In this document: piece by piece, positions 47,111 through 52,464 of the stretch | Layout: each line of letters opens with the position of its first letter | Position numbering within the stretch: the first letter of the stretch is position 1 | Assembly: GCA_001801885.1 (NCBI GenBank) | Contig: MGYU01000006.1 | Span: 1-52,464, forward strand | Origin: Gammaproteobacteria bacterium RIFCSPLOWO2_12_47_11 | GTDB taxonomy: Bacteria > Pseudomonadota > Gammaproteobacteria > Eutrophobiales > Eutrophobiaceae | Length of the DNA stretch: 52,464 nucleotides | Direction of reading: 5' to 3' | Notes under the pieces: generated by a model | What the model was told of the DNA's origin: nothing | What the model saw: the letters and a program-made list of their open reading frames with translations, nothing else | The model's database searches: none | Position numbers and translations under genes: made by a program

Positions 47111-47120
47111 TGCTATCTTG

Positions 47121-47327
47121 TCACTCCAGCGCAATCGTTCCTTTTATGTCGCAACTCAAACCAAGCAAGTCAACGCTGAGCACTATCTTTGCGTCCAGCT
47201 TTTCAGTGCCCTGTAATGCGCCGGAATTTATTCCATTATGCACCGCCTTTTCGATCTCGCGTTGTGATGTGATACCGACCTTTTTCAGGAATTTACGTAA
47301 TTCCATATTAAATGTATCTTCATTCAT
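47121..47327 (-). CDS. Small conserved protein, 68 aa (DUF6494-like)
   Basis: MNEDTFNMELRKFLKKVGITSQREIEKAV...GTIALE with SD GGAG. The longer track ORF overlaps mobA, so its start was not used. Confidence 0.75.
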   Translation of the reverse strand: MNEDTFNMELRKFLKKVGITSQREIEKAVHNGINSGALQGTEKLDAKIVLSVDLLGLSCDIKGTIALE

Positions 47328-47354
47328 AATGATATCTCCAGAACCAAACCCGTT

Positions 47355-47969
47355 ATGGATAATATAGCTGTCGCCAGACGAATTTTCACAGGTGTAATAC
47401 TGGCCGGAGGTCAGGCGCAGCGTATGGGCGGACAGGACAAGGGCCTGATTGAACTGAATGGCAGCCCCATGGTGCAATATGTACTGGATGTGATGGTACC
47501 GCAGGTAAACAAGGTCATTATCAACGCCAATCGTAACCAGGATATTTACGCCCATTACGGTCATGAGGTCATCGGTGATGAATTTGAAGGATTTTGCGGA
47601 CCACTTGCCGGCATGGCCAGCACCATGCGTGCAGTCGACACACCCTTCATGCTGACTGTGCCCTGTGATTCACCATTTGTACCGGATGATCTGGCTAAAC
47701 GACTCTATCTGCAGATGATAAAAAAAGACGCTGACATCAGCGTTGCGCATGATGGCAACCGTATACAACCGGTATTCGTATTGTTAAAAGCTTCTTTACT
47801 GGATTCGATGCTGGCTTTCCTGAATAAAGGCGAACGCAAGATTGATAAGTGGTTTGAACAACATAACCTGGCTGTCACTGATTTTTCGGACAAACCGGAT
47901 ACGTTCATCAATATCAACAACCGGGGTGATTTATCCATGATTGAATCGAGGTTGAAAGAAAGGGGCTGA
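47355..47969 (+). CDS. mobA: Molybdenum cofactor guanylyltransferase
   Basis: GVILAGG...RMGG.DKGL, INANRN, GPLAG, PCDSPF, F.NIN. Confidence 0.95.
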   Translation: MDNIAVARRIFTGVILAGGQAQRMGGQDKGLIELNGSPMVQYVLDVMVPQVNKVIINANRNQDIYAHYGHEVIGDEFEGFCGPLAGMASTMRAVDTPFMLTVPCDSPFVPDDLAKRLYLQMIKKDADISVAHDGNRIQPVFVLLKASLLDSMLAFLNKGERKIDKWFEQHNLAVTDFSDKPDTFININNRGDLSMIESRLKERG

Positions 47970-48514
47970 TGGAAAACCCGCCTGAAATACCTGTGCTCGG
48001 TTTTGCCGCCTACAGCGGCACAGGCAAGACTTCCTTGCTGGTAAAACTTTTGCCGCTGTTGGGTGAAAAAGGCATCCGTGTCGGCGTGATAAAACATGCC
48101 CATCACACCTTCGATATCGACCATGAGGGCAAGGACAGTTATGCACTGCGCAAGGCCGGGGCAAAACAGATGTTGATCGGTTCTGACCGGCGCTGGGCAT
48201 TAATCGTTGAAACCGAAAAAAGAACCGGAAATATATTAAATGATTTTATCCGGCGCCTGGATCATGAAAGTCTGGATCTGATCCTGGTCGAAGGCTTCAA
48301 GCCGGAAATTATCGCCAAGATCGAACTGATCAGACCATCACTGGGCAATCCATTGTTTTATCCGGAAGACAAGAGTGTCATTGCTGTCGCGACCGATGCG
48401 GACTTGCCTGTAAAAACCACTCTGCCGGTACTCGATCTGAACAATCCACAGCAGATAGCAGAATTCATTATTACGCGTTTCATTAATCAAAAACAAATCC
48501 AGACAGGCACCTGA
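47969..48514 (+). CDS. mobB: Molybdopterin-guanine dinucleotide biosynthesis protein B
   Basis: FAAYSGTGKT, IKHAHH.FDID..GKDS..LRKAGA, LVEGFK. Confidence 0.95.
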   Translation: MENPPEIPVLGFAAYSGTGKTSLLVKLLPLLGEKGIRVGVIKHAHHTFDIDHEGKDSYALRKAGAKQMLIGSDRRWALIVETEKRTGNILNDFIRRLDHESLDLILVEGFKPEIIAKIELIRPSLGNPLFYPEDKSVIAVATDADLPVKTTLPVLDLNNPQQIAEFIITRFINQKQIQTGT

Positions 48515-48517
48515 ACG

Positions 48518-49786
48518 ATGCAACCTGATACCATAAAGAAAGAAACCAGTTGCATGGATGATCATGATCCTGCATCGCTGCCGGCCGATGTGGCATTAAA
48601 AAAAATCATTTCTGCCATAGAACCCGTTACCTCCATGGAAAAAGTCGCAATCCGTACTGCACTCGGCCGCATACTGGCCGAAGATATAATTTCTACCATC
48701 AATGTTCCGTCAGGAACCAACTCGGCGATGGACGGATATGCGATCACCAGTGCTGATATTCCGTCAACTGGAACGGCTGAATTAAAAATGATGGGGACAG
48801 CCTACGCCGGGAAACCTTTCCCCGGCAAAGTTAGCAGTGGTGAGTGTGTACGCATCATGACCGGCGCCATTATGCCGTCCGGATCAGACACCGTGGTGAT
48901 GCAGGAGCATGTTGAACACAGGCATGGCTCCATCAGGATAGACACCGATACGAAGGCTGGTGCGAATGTGCGTCAGGCAGGTGAAGATGTAACAAAAGGT
49001 GATGTTGTGCTTGGCAAGGGCACAACATTGACACCTGCTGATATTGGTCTCATTGCCTCTCTCGGTCTTGCTGAAGTCAATGTCAGCCGCCGTCTCCGGG
49101 TTGCATTTTTCTCAACCGGGGATGAATTGAAATCAATAGGACAACCACTGGAAGATGGGCAAATCTATGACAGCAACCGCTATACACTGTACGGCATGCT
49201 GGCGCGGCTGGGTGTCGAGATCATCGATATGGGGGTTATCTGCGATAATCGTACTGCATTACAGAATGGATTTGAGCAGGCCGCAGCAAAGGCTGATGTA
49301 TTAATCACTTCGGGCGGTGTATCGGTCGGAGAGGCTGATTATGTCAAGGAGATACTGGAAAAAGTAGGGACAGTGAATTTCTGGAAAGTTGCGATGAAAC
49401 CCGGGAGACCGCTGGCCTTCGGGAAAATCAACAACACCTGGTTTTTCGGATTACCGGGAAATCCGGTCTCTGTCATGGTGACATTCTACCAGTTCGTACA
49501 GCCTGCCCTGCTTTACCTCATGGGCGCCCGGCATATTGAACCTTTCACATTCAAGGTACTGTGCAAATCAAGACTGAAAAAGCGGTCGGGCCGTACTGAA
49601 TACCAACGAGGCATATTGGGCTGCGATGGTTCCGGACAACTTGTTGTGGAGAAAACCGGTGGCCAGGGATCAGGAATTCTCAGTTCCATGGCGCAGGCCA
49701 ACTGCTTCATCATCCTGCCGACGGACAGTGGTAATGTAGAATCGGGGGCAATTGTTGATGTACAACCCTTTTTTGGTCTTGTATGA
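48518..49786 (+). CDS. moeA: Molybdopterin molybdotransferase
   Basis: SAMDGYA, RIMTGA, STGDEL, SGGVSVG..D, MKPGRP, LPGNPVS, QGSG. Confidence 0.96.
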   Translation: MQPDTIKKETSCMDDHDPASLPADVALKKIISAIEPVTSMEKVAIRTALGRILAEDIISTINVPSGTNSAMDGYAITSADIPSTGTAELKMMGTAYAGKPFPGKVSSGECVRIMTGAIMPSGSDTVVMQEHVEHRHGSIRIDTDTKAGANVRQAGEDVTKGDVVLGKGTTLTPADIGLIASLGLAEVNVSRRLRVAFFSTGDELKSIGQPLEDGQIYDSNRYTLYGMLARLGVEIIDMGVICDNRTALQNGFEQAAAKADVLITSGGVSVGEADYVKEILEKVGTVNFWKVAMKPGRPLAFGKINNTWFFGLPGNPVSVMVTFYQFVQPALLYLMGARHIEPFTFKVLCKSRLKKRSGRTEYQRGILGCDGSGQLVVEKTGGQGSGILSSMAQANCFIILPTDSGNVESGAIVDVQPFFGLV

Positions 49787-49791
49787 ACAGG

Positions 49792-51012
49792 CTACTTCAG
49801 CCTCCGCCCGATCTCATCCACCACCAGCTTGCTGAATGGAAAAGCACAGGTGTAAGCCGGTGATACCGCATTCAGGATATGAAATGAACGATCATCGCCT
49901 TCAAAACAGAAATCCATCTCCAGCGTCATCGTTTTTGTATTGAGTAACTGTGCCCTGATCCCCGGCCTGCTCCATTTCATAAAATCCTTTTGCCGGACGC
50001 CCTCAGCCAACCGGGATGCCAATAAGACCAGTTTATTTTTCCTGGCCTTGCTCAATGCTTCCATCGCCAGTTTCCGGAATCTAAAATTGTTGGTAACAAG
50101 CAGCCTTGCCTCCATGCCCAGAATTTTTATTAACTCTGAAAATTGAAAATTGTCCAGGCCCTGGTAATTCTCCCGCCAGAATGCCGGTAGGGCAGTTGGC
50201 CCGATTTTCACCACGCCATCCACGCCCACAGTTATATGTACACCCAGAAAGGGGTTATTCATATCCGGCACAGGATAAATATTACATCTGAAACTTTCAG
50301 CATTGTTTTCTGAATAGAGGGACAGACCCTTGAATGGCAATATTGTGTAATCTTTGGAAAAACCGAAGGAACGGGCAATGTGATCGGCATACAGCCCGGC
50401 TGCATTGATCACATATCCTGCACTGATCATGCCCTTGCTGGTCTTTATCTCACTCCCTTTACTGGAAATAAATGCTGTACCGGTCAGTATCCTGATCCCG
50501 GCCAGCAATGTATCCTGATAAAGTGATTCATTTACATGCACCGGGCTGATTGTCGAAGTGGTTGGTGAATACAGCGCCTGTTCAAAGGTCCTGGCCTTTG
50601 GTTCAATTTCCCCGGCTTCACTGGCGGATAGCAAATAAACATCTACCCTATTCACCCCTCCTCTTCTTATTAATTCATGTAAACCTGCAAGCTCGTTCTG
50701 GTTCCGGGCAACAACCAGTTTGCCGCACCGGTTGATAGGTAATTTGTGCTCGATACAATAGTCAGTCATTGCACGGTTACCTTCCCGGGTCAGCCTGGCC
50801 TTGAGAGAATTTGCCGTGTAATAAAATCCTGCATGCAATACTCCGCTGTTGCGGCCGCTGGCATGCTGGCCTGTCTGTTGTTCTTTTTCCAGCAGAACGA
50901 TGCTGGCATCCGGAAAGCGCGTTTTCAGTTCGAGGGAAATGGTCATTCCGATAATACCACCACCGATGATCAGAAAATCAGCCTGCAGTGGAAGCCTGGT
51001 GTTAAGGACCAA
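49792..51012 (-). CDS. lhgO: L-2-hydroxyglutarate oxidase family FAD-dependent oxidoreductase (TTG start uncertain)
   Basis: IIGGGIIG, HASGRNSGVLHAG.YY...SLKA, CGKLVVA, IYPVPD...PFLGVH, GIRAQ, NAVSPA.T. Confidence 0.85.
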   Translation of the reverse strand: MVLNTRLPLQADFLIIGGGIIGMTISLELKTRFPDASIVLLEKEQQTGQHASGRNSGVLHAGFYYTANSLKARLTREGNRAMTDYCIEHKLPINRCGKLVVARNQNELAGLHELIRRGGVNRVDVYLLSASEAGEIEPKARTFEQALYSPTTSTISPVHVNESLYQDTLLAGIRILTGTAFISSKGSEIKTSKGMISAGYVINAAGLYADHIARSFGFSKDYTILPFKGLSLYSENNAESFRCNIYPVPDMNNPFLGVHITVGVDGVVKIGPTALPAFWRENYQGLDNFQFSELIKILGMEARLLVTNNFRFRKLAMEALSKARKNKLVLLASRLAEGVRQKDFMKWSRPGIRAQLLNTKTMTLEMDFCFEGDDRSFHILNAVSPAYTCAFPFSKLVVDEIGRRLK

Positions 51013-51013
51013 C

Positions 51014-51076
51014 AGATTTCTCCCTTCAGTCGAAATGACAAAAAATCATGTCATTCCGAACGAACGTGAGGAATCT
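51014..51076. repeat. Inverted pair of REP-like elements, family B
   Basis: AGATTTCTCCCTTCAGTCGAAATGACA (51014-51040) and TGTCATTCCGAACGAACGTGAGGAATCT (51049-51076) are imperfect reverse complements. Confidence 0.7.
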
Positions 51077-51097
51077 TTATTTTGCGGTATAACTCCC

Positions 51098-51532
51098 TCA
51101 CCCTGGTGTATTCTTTTCCACCCAGCGTTTGCCATTCTCCAGAATTTCCTGTTTCCAGAATGGCGCCTTTGATTTCAGATCTTCCATGATGAAACGGCAG
51201 GCATCGAATGCGGCTGCACGGTGTGCAGACCACACACACACCAGTACGATCGGATCACCGATATTAATCTCACCGACACGATGCAGCACAAGTATATCGA
51301 TCAGATCCCAGTTTTTATCAGCCTCGGTACAGATTTCCTTCAGGTGTTTCTCCGTCATCCCGGGATAATGTTCGAGCTGCATCTCCGTGACCCTGTCTCC
51401 TTCGTTAAAGTCACGCATACTACCGACGAAACTGGCCATGGCGCCAAACTGGCCGCTCTTTAACATCTGTTCCTGATGAATCTGGATTTCACTCGAGGGA
51501 TTAAAGGGTTCCGGCCGGATTTCTATTTTCAT
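51098..51532 (-). CDS. moaE: Molybdopterin synthase catalytic subunit
   Basis: F.G.MRD, LEHYPGMTEK, HRVG, SAHR.AAF.AC.FIM..LK..APFWK.E. Confidence 0.95.
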   Translation of the reverse strand: MKIEIRPEPFNPSSEIQIHQEQMLKSGQFGAMASFVGSMRDFNEGDRVTEMQLEHYPGMTEKHLKEICTEADKNWDLIDILVLHRVGEINIGDPIVLVCVWSAHRAAAFDACRFIMEDLKSKAPFWKQEILENGKRWVEKNTPG

Positions 51533-51534
51533 CG

Positions 51535-51774
51535 TCAGCCACCCGTCACCGGCGGAAAGAATGCCACTTCATCACCATCCTTGACGGCCGTATCCGGCTT
51601 CACATATTCCATGTTGATTGCGGTGAGGACATTCTCCGGCAAGGATTTTTGTTCGTCTGCCACCTGTTTCCAAACCTCCGATACTGTGATATTTCCATCC
51701 CCGATTTCGAGGCTGTCTTCACTGCGTCCGAGGATCTCGCGCAAACTGGCAAAATATTTAACTTTAATTGACAT
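51535..51774 (-). CDS. moaD: Molybdopterin synthase sulfur carrier subunit
   Basis: Start re-called at MSIKVKYFASLRE; ends GDEVAFFPPVTGG. Confidence 0.95.
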   Translation of the reverse strand: MSIKVKYFASLREILGRSEDSLEIGDGNITVSEVWKQVADEQKSLPENVLTAINMEYVKPDTAVKDGDEVAFFPPVTGG

Positions 51775-51834
51775 ATTTTCTATATTAATACGAATGATTA
51801 CTTGATAAATTAGCTCCGTAATATACTGGAAAGT

Positions 51835-51929
51835 TCCTCCCCCTGGCAGGGGGAGGATACAGGTGGGGGTTGAATCCAGACCATTTGTCATTTACCCCCA
51901 TCCTTGCCTTCCCCCTTAAAAGGGGAAGG
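51835..51929. repeat. Inverted doublet of REP-like family A elements (51835-51871 reverse, 51894-51929 forward)
   Basis: TCCTCCCCCTGGCAGGGGGAGGATACAGGTGGGGGTT ... ACCCCCATCCTTGCCTTCCCCCTTAAAAGGGGAAGG. Confidence 0.8.
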
Positions 51930-52008
51930 TATCCGATTTCCAGATTTTCACACAGGTTTTGGCTTAATGATTAATTATAAATCACACTGCAAAATCATTC
52001 CTGACTAT

Positions 52009-52464
52009 ATGGCAAAACTGACACATTTCAATCAGCAAGGTGAAGCACATATGGTGGATGTCGGGACCAAGCCCGTATCACAACGTATTGCCGTAGCAGA
52101 AGGGACGATCCGGATGCAGGCGAAAACCCTGGATCTGATCCTGCAGGGGAAACATAAAAAAGGCGATGTACTGGGTATTGCCCGCATCGCCGGCATCATG
52201 GCCGCCAAAAAAACCGCTGAACTGATCCCGCTCTGCCATCCCATCTCCATCACCCGTATTGAAATCGATCTTGAGCCGCAAAAAAACAGCAACGCCATTT
52301 ATTGCCGGGCCACCACGGAAACCCGCGACCAGACCGGTGTGGAAATGGAAGCCCTCACCGCCGTGCAGATCGCCCTCCTGACCATCTACGACATGTGTAA
52401 ATCGGTGGACCGCGGCATGACCGTCAGTAACGTGCAACTGCTGGAAAAATCCGGTGGCAAATCC
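52009..52464 (+). CDS. moaC: Cyclic pyranopterin monophosphate synthase MoaC (runs off window end)
   Basis: Not in the ORF track because there is no stop in the window. [18 protein letters not shown]...[24 protein letters not shown]...TGVEMEAL...IYDMCK.VDR...EKSGGKS. Confidence 0.95.
   Translation, partial: MAKLTHFNQQGEAHMVDVGTKPVSQRIAVAEGTIRMQAKTLDLILQGKHKKGDVLGIARIAGIMAAKKTAELIPLCHPISITRIEIDLEPQKNSNAIYCRATTETRDQTGVEMEALTAVQIALLTIYDMCKSVDRGMTVSNVQLLEKSGGKS

Noticed and set aside
12411-51929. Palindromic repeats as CRISPR repeats
   Set aside because: Dispersed, divergent and inverted rather than regularly spaced direct repeats; no cas genes.

Overview
Chromosomal window from a moderate-GC Gammaproteobacterium, made up mostly of housekeeping genes. 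In order: cpdA (partial), O-methyltransferase, DinG/YoaA helicase, epmA-efp/epmB, a REC-GGDEF-EAL protein with degenerate catalytic motifs, parC and parE, a rubrerythrin / Fe-S oxidoreductase / DUF3501 operon, xseB-ispA-folE2 (no dxs), mazG, an HNH nuclease, an aminotransferase, an ADP-ribosylglycohydrolase, an Lpp/OprI-type lipoprotein with an L,D-transpeptidase, moaB, hslR, a nitroreductase, MoxR-DUF58-transglutaminase, an hrpA operon ending in a CMD-Rieske fusion, a membrane-spanning PP2C-FGE fusion, a secreted Tyr-rich/Arg-Gln-rich protein frameshifted by a perfect 352-bp tandem duplication, ampG, CYTH, an OFA transporter and a rearranged molybdenum-cofactor cluster. I found no rRNA, tRNA, CRISPR array, prophage, transposase or integrase, and I cannot support a complete new multi-gene system. 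The best leads are: the PP2C-TM-FGE receptor-like phosphatase; the Tyr/Arg secreted protein; the CMD-Rieske fusion; an unannotated 56-aa ORF between parE and parC; an Irr/ICE-like operator on the rubrerythrin promoter; a sigma54+IHF promoter upstream of the HNH nuclease; several REP-like repeat families, one carrying CsrA-type GGA loops; and a possible relic integron cassette. All protein calls come from recognising motifs by eye, with no database searches.
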